DNA of 64,000 nt from Paramecium tetraurelia. Its lineage: Eukaryota. The stretch is from positions 124,001 through 188,000 of the forward strand of contig CT868474.1 of assembly GCA_000165425.1 (NCBI GenBank). Reading direction: 5' to 3'. Each line of letters begins with the position of its first letter. Position 1 is the stretch's first letter. A program made the position numbers and the translations under genes. The notes under the pieces were generated by a model. The model was not told the origin of the DNA. It ran no database searches and saw only the letters and a program-made list of their open reading frames with translations. This document shows, in pieces, positions 49,176-62,772 of the stretch.

Positions 49176-50897
49176 TCATCCTACATTTTTGGCTGCAGAT
49201 CTTTAATTATTTTCCATTCTATACACACTATCACTAACTTTTCCGAATTTTGCATCATACTCATTCAAAAGAGCATGAATTCTTAAAGGTAGATTTTTCA
49301 TTGTGCCTAATTGCTTGATTTATTTATATTTAGGTTATCTTTCTATAAAATAAGGATGTAGAGTACCAATTTTTTTGAACCATTCAAGCGCATCAACTAC
49401 TTTTTCTTCATCTGCCAGTAAAATAGCAGTATCAAGATAATTCGAAACACTCTAGAATGTAGGTTTCATTTTAGTACTTACAATTTCAAACATTCTGTAT
49501 AGATCCAATAGTCTTTTTTCGTTAAACAAAATTTCTAGGAAATATAATTAATGAGATTACTAATAATCTATTCATAAGTGAATTGATCCTTTTGAATTTA
49601 GTACTAATCAAACAATGGTAGAACTTAACCTTCAAGATCAGGTAATCGATTGGCTGCTACCATTAATTCGCACATTGAATTTAGAGTTCTTTGAGATATC
49701 ATTTATTTAGATGCTGCTTCATTAAATATCTTCCAAGCATCTTTTATGTATTCCTCAACGATTTTGTTATCTAAATTTGGCAAGGAACATGCTCCAATGT
49801 ACACTCTTATAATTTGAGTGTAGATGTATTTATTCGGTGTGATTTAGTACTATTTCATTTGTTTAATGACTTCGTGAGCAATTTTGACATCGCCACACTG
49901 TGAACAAGCCTTGAGAGTGCACACAATAGTATCGGAATCTATTTGAACAGATGTCAGGACCATTTTTCGATAGAACTCCAAGGCTTTTTCGGCGTACTAA
50001 GAAGGGAGGAGTAAATTTTACATCTTTTCTTGAACCCAAGGCTTTGATGATAGAATTGTAGATGTAGGTAGTGTCTCTAAATTCCATGTCATTCATTTAG
50101 TCGTGGAGTTGGATTGCCTTTTCAGCTTCGTGTGTCTGTAATAATAGATATTAGGAAGAATTTACATCTGCGCAGATTTCGATCATCAATCCAATGAGGT
50201 TTTCGTCAGGTTTCAAGTGGGATTCTAATCTGGCCTCATCAAATAGATCCCAGCATTTCTTCCATTGTTTGACTCTATAGAATGAGTTAATGAGGGTTGT
50301 GTAGATGGGGATGTCTGGCTCGAATCCGTCTCTTTTGAGATCATTAAATATTCTCAGTGCATTTTCAGATTAGAGGTTCTTGCAATACACGTTTATCAAT
50401 GTATTATAGAGATGCAAGGAGGATCCAAATTCTCAATAATATTAAGTTATACATTTTTGTGCTATGTGATAATAAGCTTCAGCTTTCTCGACATTTCTGA
50501 ACTTACCATATGCATTGATTAAGCACATGTATGTTTATTGATTGGGTTTAATTTTGAGATTGTCCATGAATTGCTGTATTTCATCAATTTGATCAAATTT
50601 ATTTTATGCAACTACAGCTTATAAGAGGAAGTTGACGGACTTGATGTCAACAGCACGTTTTTGGAAATAGTTGGTCAGATTGGTGTCGATTTGTTTGAGG
50701 ATGTGTTAAGGTTGATAGCTCTCGAGGATGCTTTATTTGATGTTGTCTTCGTCGTTGATTTTGGAGAAGAGTTTCTTGACTTCCTTGAATTCTTCACTCT
50801 CTTTAATGGGTTGAGACCTTTGAATGGGTGCAAACATTGATTTGAGGGCTTGTTTCTTAGCGAATTAGGCAATTAGTTTTGTATGAATTATAAACAT
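49176..50897 (-). CDS. Pentatricopeptide repeat (PPR) protein, probably mitochondrial
   Basis: PNQQTYMCLINAYGK, LYNTLINVYCK, FEPDIPIYTTLINSF, TYIYNSIIKALG repeats at about 35-aa spacing; basic N-terminus without acidic residues. Confidence 0.88.
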
Positions 50898-51040
50898 AAA
50901 TTAAAATAATTTATAAATGCTCAGAAATCTTTAATTTCCAATCTTGTTTATATGAATTAAGATATCACTATATAAGCAGAGGATTATTAAAATGAAATAA
51001 ATACTTGATTATACTTTAAATAAAAATAAATAATTAATTA

Positions 51041-51694
51041 ATGGAGCAGCTCAAAAAACTAATCCAAGAATAAGTGGAGGAATAAGATATTGTCGAGGAT
51101 TTAAATATCGATGGTGTGAAAATCACTAAATTCACTGAGGAAATGGCTGCTCTCTTTACTCAGCATCAATAGCTGTTGGGTTTGTCATTTGAAAAATGCG
51201 GATTGACAACTCTTGACGGATTCCCTAAATTAAAGAAATTGTAAAATTTGGAGTTTGAAAACAACTCATTAACAGGAACAGCAATTAAATTTATAGCAGA
51301 TAATTTCAAGGAGTTGATCAACTTGAATTTATCACAAAACAATATTAAGTCAGTTGATGTAATCATGACCAATATCCTGATAGGATTTGAAGCCCTTAGC
51401 CTCTCTAACCAAATTGGAATCATTGGAGTTGAAGGATAACCCCCTCACCAAAGAAGCAGGATATCATAAAAAGGTGTTCCAACTTCTCCCATCCCTCAAA
51501 GTATTGGACAACAAAAATGAGAAGGGCGAGGAAGTTCTCGACGTATGACATAATATTCTAACCATTAGGATGAAGTTGATGATGAAGACATAGACGATGA
51601 CCAATTAGATGAAGATGACTCATTCGATGAAAGCGAAGTAGATGATGAAGAATCCGAAGAGCCTGTTAAGCCAACAAAAAAAACAAAAAAATGA
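51041..51694 (+). CDS. ANP32: ANP32-like acidic leucine-rich nuclear phosphoprotein
   Basis: GLTTLDGFPKLKKLQNLEFENN LRRs, LRRcap YHKKVFQLLPSLKVLD, acidic tail, terminal KKTKK NLS. Confidence 0.9.
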
Positions 51695-51740
51695 CATTCT
51701 TTTGTTTTGCCCATTAAAACATATAAAATCCCGCCAATAA

Positions 51741-52886
51741 TCATTTCAATATTCCATCCCCTATTAACTCATCAACATTCCTGATACCAAACTACTTACA
51801 AATCTCATCCCTATGTTCATTCAAATAAGGCGCCTATTTTGGATAATCCAAATTTATATTACTAAAACTAAGCGGATTTCTAATTGCTTTCTCTCCATTC
51901 TCAAGTTCCATCACCATATTCAATTACTTCGTATGTGAACTCTCCAAACATTGTCCCACTGATTTAACTTCCCCCACTGGAATCTTATTCTTTTTCATTA
52001 CCTCTATTAAATCTTCCACATCCCAAATCTCCAAAGCCTCCTCTATAATTTTCTTTAATTTCTCGCTATTCTAAACCCTACCTTTGTTCTCTTTGAATTG
52101 TTCATCACTTGTTAAATGATTAAGATTCAAAATCTTACACAAAGATTAGAATTAATTGTCTTGAGCCACTCCTATCACAATATATTTGTTTTTTATTTTG
52201 AAAGTCCCATAAGGTGAGATTGACGGATGTTGATTCCCCATTCTATGCATGTCCTTTTACCCATTCAAATACATTCCACTCACATTCACAAGACTAGCTA
52301 TTGCACTCTCATATAAAGATGTCTAAATATGACATCCCCTATCTGTCTCAATTCTTTAGTATAAAGCTCCCTAAATTCCATTGCAGAGGTTTAAGGCTGT
52401 CAGTACATCAATAATGGCAACTCCAACTTTCATGGGTTCTCTCTCCTTCTCCCCTGTGATGTGCATAAAACCAGTTTCTGCCTACATAATGTAATCGAAT
52501 CCTGGCTGATTATTATTCGATCCAAAGCCATTGACTGAAGCATATATTAATCTTGGGTTTATTTTCGATAACTCATCATAACCTAGACCCAATCGATCCA
52601 TGACTCCTGAAGTGAAGTTTTCGACTAACACATCAGATTATTGAGCTAATTGTTTGATGAACGAACTTCCCTTCTTGAGATCCACACAAATTGATTACTT
52701 GCTTCTATTGATTGACAAGAAGTAAGTGCTTTGATTATTAAAGAATGGAGGTCCCCATTTCCTAGTTTCATCCCCTTCAAAAGATTCGACCTTTATAACC
52801 TAAGCACCCAAATCTGATAGAAGCATAGTAGCATATGGTCCAACTAAAATTCTAGACAAATCCAAGACTTTGAGCTATTTATACAT
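51741..52886 (-). CDS. Family III CoA-transferase (CaiB/BaiF, SUGCT-like)
   Basis: Intronless 381 aa: [80 protein letters not shown]. Confidence 0.95.
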
Positions 52887-52913
52887 ATTCTAAAAATAAA
52901 ATTATCTTATATC

Positions 52914-54955
52914 TCAATAGTCTGAAATATCAATTATTGTTATCAAAACTGTTCTCTTGATAATCCAAAAATATCCACTACTCACTTAGAGTATCTATTT
53001 CCATTTTGAATTAATGGTATTATGTATAGAGCATTGAAGATTAAGCTTATCTATGGAACATACAAAAATATCCTTCTTTTATATTTTAGTTAGATTTAAT
53101 TTAATTATCAATATAGAGTAATCATATTTATTCTCTATTCTAATTTTTATTGTTGTTCATCTTCCTTTTAATCTTTTGGAATCGAGAATATAAAATGTTG
53201 ATTAATTTTGTTCTTTTTACTACCTACTTTTTAAATCCATATTAGATTCTTGATTTCTTGGCTTTTAATGTCTTGAAACAATTTCAGAACTGTAATCAAA
53301 GAAAAAAATTGCAGTGTTGATGACCCATACAAATATGTGAGTTGTCCAAGAGGATTTCTTACTAAATCAGTTAGTAGTACTGTAATACTCAATACTCCAA
53401 ACAAGATTTCTAAAATAATTCCAAAATACACCAATAATTGTATCTTAAATAAGATCTGTCCATCTACTATCAAATTAGCTGATTTGTTATTGTACTTCTC
53501 TTAGTGCTCATCAGATTGATAGCGAAGTTACTAAGTCTTTTAGTCTTAAATGCTATTAGTGATGTAATTTAGTTGTTTATTGGCATTTTTTGATTTTTAT
53601 TTTGGAGTCAATGTTTCCTATTATTTTCGTTTTTCAGCCATTTGTTTGGTTTCTTTCACAGCTTTAATCTACAATTTGATTGTTTCTTGATAGGTTTATC
53701 TATCATCATCATTTTCCCATTTGATATCATTCTATTGGTCCTCCTTTAGACAACAACTATTTATCTCCTCACCTGGTTACTCTTCTTAGAATTCATTCTC
53801 AATATGGTTTAGATTTGGATCAAGCCTTTTATCTTTATTTTAGAGTGATTTCAATTGTTTTTGACTTTCCTATCGAAAGAAGGTTGAACCACGCATGCCT
53901 TTGATGAATGTTGTAGCAAATGAAACTGATTTAATTTTTGTAACTCCTAATTTTGGTTTGACCTGTTCAATCTATTTAACATCCTCTTTTATTTCATCTC
54001 TTATTTCGCTTTTCTTATCCTCATTACTCACTTACATGGACACTCTGAGATACCTTTGCATTGATTCTGGAGACTTACAAATACTATCGTTTTAGGGCAC
54101 TTATTCAATTTGATCAACATTATTCTTCTGCTATTCGAGGTATTACCTTTTGCAATTGTGAATCTATTCCCTGATGCACTTCTAAAGAGATCGTCCATAA
54201 ATCAGAAATTCAAAGATAAAGATGAAGAAATTGACCAAGAGGAATAAATAACAGAACATCAAAAACGCAGGGTATTAGACTCCTTTCCTTAGCCCTAGTT
54301 TAGTGCTTTAAAATTGATACCATTCATGGTACTGACTGAAATCTGGACCAAGAAGACTACGAAGAGTCTGAACTTCAATGTTTCCTTGTAATATTTGAAG
54401 ATGAACTTCCTCTTCTCCTTGTCCTGATAAACATTGAAGGAGATCTCATCATACATTGTGTACCACACGATCAACAGACATCCGTATATGTAAAATAGCA
54501 ATGTGTAAACCACCTCTGACAACAGCCTCTCGATTACTATTGTCCTCCCTTTCTAATATAGGTTTACAATCTTGCGTTTACGTATATTTCAAAGGGATCC
54601 AGGATCAGCCATATCAGTTTACACGTTGACATTACGATTGTCAGAACAAGGATAAAATTCTAAGGGGACCCTATTAAAGCAAAGGCATACTGCAAACAAC
54701 TACATTTGTTCAGACCAATTACGTGTAATAAGATGGAATTTTGGATGTCTTTAAAGAGGCCTAGAATTGACGAATTGTTATAAAGAGTATAAAAACAAAA
54801 GCTGCACAGTATACACCTTAGAATGTGTAATAGGGTGCTTTGTAAATGTCTTATAAATTATCAAAGCACTCATCACCAAATGCCCCTATATCGCAAAGGC
54901 ATTTTCCATCAATCACTATTCCTTTGTCACAACACTCAATCTCGCATTTAGACAT
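52914..54955 (-). CDS. EGF-like N-terminus plus seven-transmembrane protein
   Basis: CEIECCDKGIVIDGKCLCDIGAFGDEC, then seven hydrophobic segments (TM2 ends LIWLILDPF) with a long charged loop between TM5 and TM6. Confidence 0.7.
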
Positions 54956-55104
54956 TATAAATTTATACAGTAAAATATTTAAGACTATTATATAATGTAC
55001 TTATACACATATAAATATAAATATCTTACACATTAGTTTTCCGATTCTCAATTCTAAAGTAATAATTATTCTAAAAATAACAAACACATTTTCAAATTTA
55101 ATAA

Positions 55105-56613
55105 ATGATCGAAGAAGAAGATGTAATCAATACTACATAGTTCAACAAAATCATCTAAATTTCTTACATGGGAGGGAAATTATCAAAATTACAACTCCAA
55201 CAGATGAACCTGGAGAAAATTATTAATCAGTGTATATCCTTTATTTAAGATGGCGCTTCCTTTAGAGAATGTACCAATTACTTACATGGGTTGGCCATGG
55301 TTTATTTAAAATAATATTAGCTTTTAAGACAAGAAATACTCAGTCTACAGAATTCAATGATGAATAAAGAAAATTTTGTCGAAGTCGAAAAAAAAGATGC
55401 GCGTTCAAAAAATAAATAAACAAAAACAAGACCAAACTAATAAAAGGAGGCCATTACTGAATTATAAGAACATTCTAATAGTTCAAGGGATAATCCAAGA
55501 AACATAGCAAGTGCTGAGCGCTTGTAATTAGATTCATAGAAAACTCCATTTGATATTAATCTGTATTTAAGAAAGGAAGACTCAGACAGTTCAAATGGTT
55601 TTGGAACTGCCAACTTCATTCTTAAGGATGTGTAATCAATTGAAAAACAATCTTTAAAAGAAATTTTAAATAATAGAAGAAATTAAAAGGAATAATCCCA
55701 AGCATCTTCAAAATAGACTCCGTTGCTTCCATAAATCATCATCAATGATGCAGATAATGAAATATAGGAAGAATAGTTTTAGTTTCAAAATGAAGAAGAT
55801 GAAGATGAAATCACGGATACTAGAGTTGAAGTGAGACATGGAAACATCATGAGAGCATTAGAAGAATTTGGAATCAGTTTTGATAATAATCAATAAGCTA
55901 TGAATCAAACCAAATTAACAGATAGGAGTAAGAGATAAACTAAAAAATAATAAACAACCCTTTCTAAATAATTAGATCATCAAGATAAAGACAGAGTGCT
56001 TCAGGAAAATTATCAAAGAAACTTAGAAGAATTCATTAAATATCAAGATAAGATGGATGATCTTCAAATCAAAATGGATCTAATGAATCTTCAACCTGAA
56101 TTTTGGTCTAAATAAGATGATCTAATACATATGATCAATCAATATGAAATCCCCCTTAACTAAACTGTCATCAATAAGTAAAATCATCTAATTATATATT
56201 TAGTAAGAATTTGCCACTCTCCTCCTATTCCAAAATGCAAGGGATGACAACAATTGAGAATTCCAACAATCAATTCTAGGGAATCAATAGTTTTGATGAT
56301 TAAGAGGAAATACCTGAATTTTAATCCATGGATTCAAATAGACATTCTAAGAGTATCGATGTAGATAGCAATGAATATCACGTATATAAGAGATTGATTT
56401 AAGATTTAAGAAGTGAATTTTCTAAAGAAAAAGTTATTAGTTCAATTAATGTTATTATTTATTTTGATTATGTTTTAGTATTTCAAGTTTAGATCAGAAG
56501 AGAACAAAGCAAAGAGCTTCTATGATTTGTTATTGATGAGTCGATTGGGTTTCTGTTAAATTAAAAAAGAACAGCAAATAGGAAACTATACAAACATGTT
56601 AATAGAATTATGA
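55105..56613 (+). CDS. REC8: Rad21/Rec8-like alpha-kleisin (cohesin subunit)
   Basis: N-terminal KLSKLQLQQMNLEKIINQC...SFRECTNYLHGLAMVYLKQYQLL and C-terminal KAKSFYDLLLMSRLGFCQIKKEQ match the kleisin N-domain and winged-helix patterns; acidic disordered middle. Confidence 0.7.
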
Positions 56614-56938
56614 AATAATTAGAATTTATTATATATACATTTTCCTTAAAGATATTATTCAAGGTTGGTTTTAAATTATCAAAATAAATGATTCTCTTGC
56701 GATCTTTAGTTAAAAATCTAAAAAATGTAATTAAATAACTGGATTATAATTATGAATACATTTCTACAATAAGAAAAATTAATATTAATATTACTTATTT
56801 TTAAATAAGTTTCATAATATTATTAATAATTTAGCAGTTTATAATTGTATTAATTAAATTAAGACAATCAATTGTAATAAAGATATTGATAAAAAATGTA
56901 AACTTATAAACGTATTTGACATATAAATCAATATAAAA

Positions 56939-59900
56939 TCATGATTAAACTTGAATATGAACTTCGTGATCCCTTTATTGCAAATCTTGTTTTGCAAAAA
57001 TGTTAAATATCTATTCAATAGATGCTTGCTTAATAGAGTACTGGGAAATCGTCAATTATTATTTATTCTTTTCAAAAGCTGAGAATAACTTTCCTGCTGT
57101 AATATTGGAAAGTAATCTAACTCTATAAAATGTTTGGAAGTGCTCAATAACCTAGAATTGTCCAAGTTGCTACTATATAAAATTTAGCAATTCTCTTCCA
57201 TTTGATTCAACAAGTACATACTCTGCTAATGTTTCAACACTAATTCCATGTCTACTTAAATCATTGTACAAGTGTGATCCTGACTCTTTAGGTTGGATAA
57301 AATTCATCAATTAAGCCTAGTTAATCTTTTATAGTGCACTGAGAGTGGCTGATTGATTAATTCTGATACCTTTGCTTAATCCCATTTGGTTAATAACTGC
57401 ATCAAGTAGATTGGCGTGTGGTTTCTATAATTTGATTTCAACTTCATATCCTTAACCATACTTATTCTTAACATGCTAGACAGATCCAAAGCATCTCAAA
57501 TTACCATCAACTTAAATGGCAATTTTGGTGGACAATGCCTCAGCTTCTTCCATTGAATGGGTAGTCAGTATGATTGAACTTTGTTTTCTTTAAGTGGATA
57601 TTCTTGATATAACATTCCACATGAATCTTCTGGCCTCTGGATCCATACCAGTAGATGGTTCATCAAGAAATACAATTGGAGGATTACCAATCATAGCAAT
57701 GGCAACTGATAACTTTCGTTTGTTACCACCTGATAATTAACCTGCCTCCACGGATTCAAATCTCTTAAGATCCATTTCAACCATCTTTTTTTCTACCAAC
57801 TCAGCAAGATGAAATTGAGAAATTCCCTTAATTTTAGCAAACAATTCCAAATGTTCTCTCACTGTAAGATTATCCAACAAAGCATCAAATTATGGACAAT
57901 ATCCGATGTTTTTTCTTGCATCTTAAATTTAATCAATAACACTATGTCCAGAAACATAGGCAACTCCAGATGTAGGTTTTAGTTCTCCAGATAATATTTT
58001 GAATGTAGTTGTTTTACCAGCTCCATTGACACCCAATAAACTAAATACTTCTCCATTTCCAACTGAGAATGAGATATTGTCAACTGCAACCTTATGCTAT
58101 TTCTTTTCTAACATAAAGACTTTTCTCAAATTCTTAACCAAAATGGCTTGGTCTTATGGTTGATAATTCTGACAGAGTTATTATTCTCTCTCCACATCAT
58201 CATCCAATACCTTCGGTTTATATGGAATGGATGCTTCATTTGATCCTAACTTTTATAATGAACCATTATCTTCAAAGAATTCCAAAATAAACACTATGAT
58301 CATATATCCAACTCCACTGATTGCAAGTACAATCAAATCTTCACCTGCTACTCTCATTGCAAAAGTATTAGGTGGAGTAATAGAGTTCTAAAATATCAAT
58401 TCAAAGAATTGCTTCATGCTTGTCCTCAACAATCCCAAAGCAAAGGAGAATGAGGGCAATGGTCTAAATACCCACACCAAATAGGAAGCTACATCTCTAG
58501 TAGTTTCAATTAGGAAGAACACATAAATGACAATACTAATGATCGAGCCAAACACAAGGTGAATGAAGAAGGATGATAACAATGAATTTCCTGGCACTTT
58601 GAAAAAGAAACTCAATGCATAACTAAATGGTATGATGGCCCATCCATATAGTATAAAGAATAGAAATATTGCTCCGTAATTACCATCCAAAATTAATGCA
58701 TCTATATCAAATGCTAACACCATTAAAGCACTTACGATTGCAGGTATTAAATGCTTGACAATGTCTATTATCCAATTACTTGCCCAATAAGCTAGAACTG
58801 ATACACCTGAAACTAGTTATTGATGTTTAATATTGATTTCCCTTTCTTTTACAATGAATGAAATAATTGAGGCAGGGATGAATGCAAAACCAATTGAAAA
58901 TATAAAGGCTGATAGATATCCTGCTACCGATTAATCAATACTCTTTTCACTATGAGTTTATGGGAATGGATAAAATGATATTTGAAGACTGGCTGATGCA
59001 GTATTTGTAATTTTCCTTAGGATTGCTTAGTTCATTTGATTTAAAAGTAGTGGAGAACTTTGAACAAACACTGAATTCTGTAAAAACCAATAGGAATAAG
59101 TGGATCCAATAAATTAATTTAAGAAATACCAACCTGGACTTTCTCTTAATTCAAATTAATCAAAGTATTCTTTATCGGCTTATTCTAAATTTGTAGATAA
59201 TTGCGAAATGGTCCAATCATCGTTTGAGAAATATTGCATCAATTCTAGACCTGCTTAATCTCCTCCCCAAAACGTTTATAATTTCAAATCACCATAAAGA
59301 CCTTCTGGTGTAATCATAGCTAAATCGTCGTCTTTAATCCATTTCACAGTCATTATAGCCAATCCAGATATAACCACTAAAATAGGCACGAAGATTTCAC
59401 AAACCAATCCTCTAATATCTCTTTTGAAAATTCTGAATCTCTTCTCCATCAGTGCAAACAAATGCAAAAAGAAAGTGGAACAGAACCCTTCAATTCTTTG
59501 AATATTTAAATCTACATTTTAATTAATCTGATCATTATTCTCCTTATTTTGTACATCATCAACTTATTCATGACCAGCTCCTATTTTAGCCACTTTTAAG
59601 AAGACTTCTTCTAAAGTAGTAATGCTGATTCCATATGTGGCAATGTGTAAAGATTTCAAGTTTGCATCTAGATATTCAAACAAATTTGGGAATTTGTCAA
59701 CTGAATCAATAGGTAATTGCATAACTACTTCAGCTGAAACATTAGACAGAACAGTTGCTGAACTGACATATTTAATAACGTTGTCTATGATTGGTTAAGA
59801 CTAAATTGATGTACTGTCTTTCACTAGAGTCAAATTGTATCCAACTCCAAATCTATTCTTTAAGAATACACTGCTTCCAGAACACAATAATTTACCTTCG

Positions 59901-62197
59901 CCCATGATTCCAATTCTATCCCCTAAGAAATCAGCCTCATCCATAAAATGAGTTGTTAAAACTATGATTCTATTGTCTTTGTAATTCTTTAACATTTCCC
60001 AAATATATCTTCTTGCACTTGTATCCATTCCTGAGGTAGGCTCATCTAAATATACTAATTTTGAATTTCCAATAAATGCAATAGCAACTGACAATCTTCT
60101 TTTTTAACCGCCTGATAAATTCTTACTGAGATAATCTGTTTTATCAGTTAAATCAACATCAGCTATTATTTTAGTTATTTAATCTTAAATTTCACTTGAT
60201 TTCACTCCTTTGAATTAAGCAAACAACTCTAAATGTTCTTTCACAGTCAGATTATCAAATAATATATCATGTTAAGGACAGACTCCCATTATTTTTCTTA
60301 GCTCTGATAATTAACTTTTGACATCCAAACCATACCCAACAACATCTCCTTTTGTAATTTCCAGTAATCCTGTCAACATTGAAATTGTTGATGTCTTACC
60401 AGCTCCATTATGTCCTAATAGTGCAAAGATCTATCCTTAGTACATGGATAAATTGAGGTTACTCACTGCCTATTTTCCATTGGGATATGTTCTATACAAT
60501 CCCTTAATAATAAGGGCCTCATTTTTCTATTCCTATTCTTTCAAAGCCTATTCTACTTCTTCAAATTTATCATCATGAGTATTCATTCTTTCAATTGACA
60601 TTGATTTATGACTTACTCTGTCTGTTCTATTCGATTCCCAAATCCAACTGATGAAGAACAATGGATGTTTCTTAACACCCCATTCATTTGGAAATACTTA
60701 GTCCAAATATACGGCTAAAATAAAATATGCAATAATGTTGATGATGTGCCAAGTCCAAGCTATGGAAATACTATAATTGTTTATGGTAGTTGTCAAATTG
60801 GACTCATTAAATCCATTACCTTGTGATTCCATAAGAGTGATCACGCCAGTTGAAAATGCTAATGAGGCTTGACTTGAAAATGACACTCCCCAATATTGAC
60901 TGCTACTTGGAATAGCATTAGCAGGTACCAAGTTCAACATCAAAAACATTAGTAAATACCAAACAATTGAAACTATGAGTCCTGTTAAGGCTTATGAGAA
61001 AAACACTGATAAAAAGAGCGATTACACTATCAGAACCACACAATACAGATAGTAATTTAGGAATACAAATCCCCAATCAGACTCTTTGAATATCATACTT
61101 TCTAAGATAATATATATGAGAACATACTTAGAATAACTGTTGCCAAGGCTGATATAATTCCATATATTATCAAGTACTGAATTATCCAGGACAAGTAAAA
61201 TTGAGTGTTGCTTAATCCCATTATCTTCATTCCTTCTCTTAGCTTCTTCTCTTTCTCATAAATAATCCCGTGTGTCATTCTTAAAAACACAATCATCAAA
61301 GGTAGTGCCAGGTAGATTCCATAAGCTCCGTTTACAAAATCTGGAAACTTATCTTCAATGTGATCTCTTGATCTGACATGACTTAGAGTAGGCTCTATCG
61401 TTGCAGATGTATCATATTGTTGTATAATTAAATTATCAATCCAATTTTAAATAGTTAAAAATCCATTCTCATAAAATAAGTAAGTAATTTCTTGGTCTTC
61501 GCTAAAATATATCAAAAAGATAATTACTATTTAAATGAGTTAATCTTGTCCTTTCTATTTAATGGGTATTCTATGTAATCTGTTGAATCTGAAGTGTTGA
61601 ATCTTAAAGAGTAACTAAAATTCTTAAGATTAATGTCATTTGTTTCAAACATAATTGCCAAGCAGAGTCCTCTTGTTTCTTCTAGCTTATCATATCCTTC
61701 CGATCTCACATAGTCGTCAATTTCATCATTAGAATTGAACCACTTAACTTGGTACCCATAATAATCAACGAAGTAAGTTGATAATTTTTAGGCCAAATTA
61801 TTCTCCTCTGGTCCAATGCCTATCAATCCATTTCTATAAGAGGCTCCTTTATAATTTGTATTATCTATGCAGTTCCTAACATATAATCAAGTATTTACTT
61901 TAATTGAGGCAGTGATTTCAACAAATCTTCACTGTCTTGATTTGGATTCTATGGAAAGTTATTCAAGTTTGGGGCTAAAATCCTAGGCAGATCTGAGTCT
62001 TTGGTGAGTTTTAGGTAAGATGTTTCAGGAATATCATCTATTTCAACTTAAGCTCTAGTCTTCAACATAAATAGTTACCTAATTGTTATCAATAACCCAA
62101 TGAAAAACAAAGGGAGTAAAATTTCACAAACAGAACAACAACAATTCCTCTTCCACAATATGTAGTTCTTTCTTAGTAAGGCTGTTAAGTGAGACAT
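56939..62197 (-). CDS. ABCA: ABC transporter subfamily A, full-size
   Basis: [105 protein letters not shown]. Confidence 0.97.
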
Positions 62198-62772
62198 GAT
62201 TTAGTAATTTATTTAATACAGACTTTCTATAAAATCAAACTCTTAAATGGGAGCGTTCTATAAAAAATTTTCATTTTTATGGAACATTTTAATTTTTCCC
62301 TATTTATAGTATATTCAATAAAAACAAAATATGTATTCTGTGTAATTATATATTAAATAATAATAAATTTTGTAATTAAAATTATTTAAAACTTAAGTCT
62401 ATATTTCTTAAATTTCTAAGTCGAAATCCAAATGTTTCCCCACATCATTTCTTAAGATACAGTCATATTTATAGTGTTTTATTTTAAGGTTTTAAGACTA
62501 TTTCGAATGGTAATTTAGATTATAGATTTAACTGATTAGTATTCAAATTTGATCTAAAGCTTTTCACAGTGTGGAATTTCAAAAGGGTAACAAATTTACA
62601 ACGGTAGAATGTTGGAAACAGAAGAAAGTTAAGAAATATTTACAAATTATATTACTATAAAATATAATTGGGGAGTGAATTAAAAATTGAATATTTTTTA
62701 TTAAAGAGAAGAGGGGGGTTTATAAACTTGGTAACTCTTAACTAAATTTGAATTTTTTATTTATTTTTTGAG

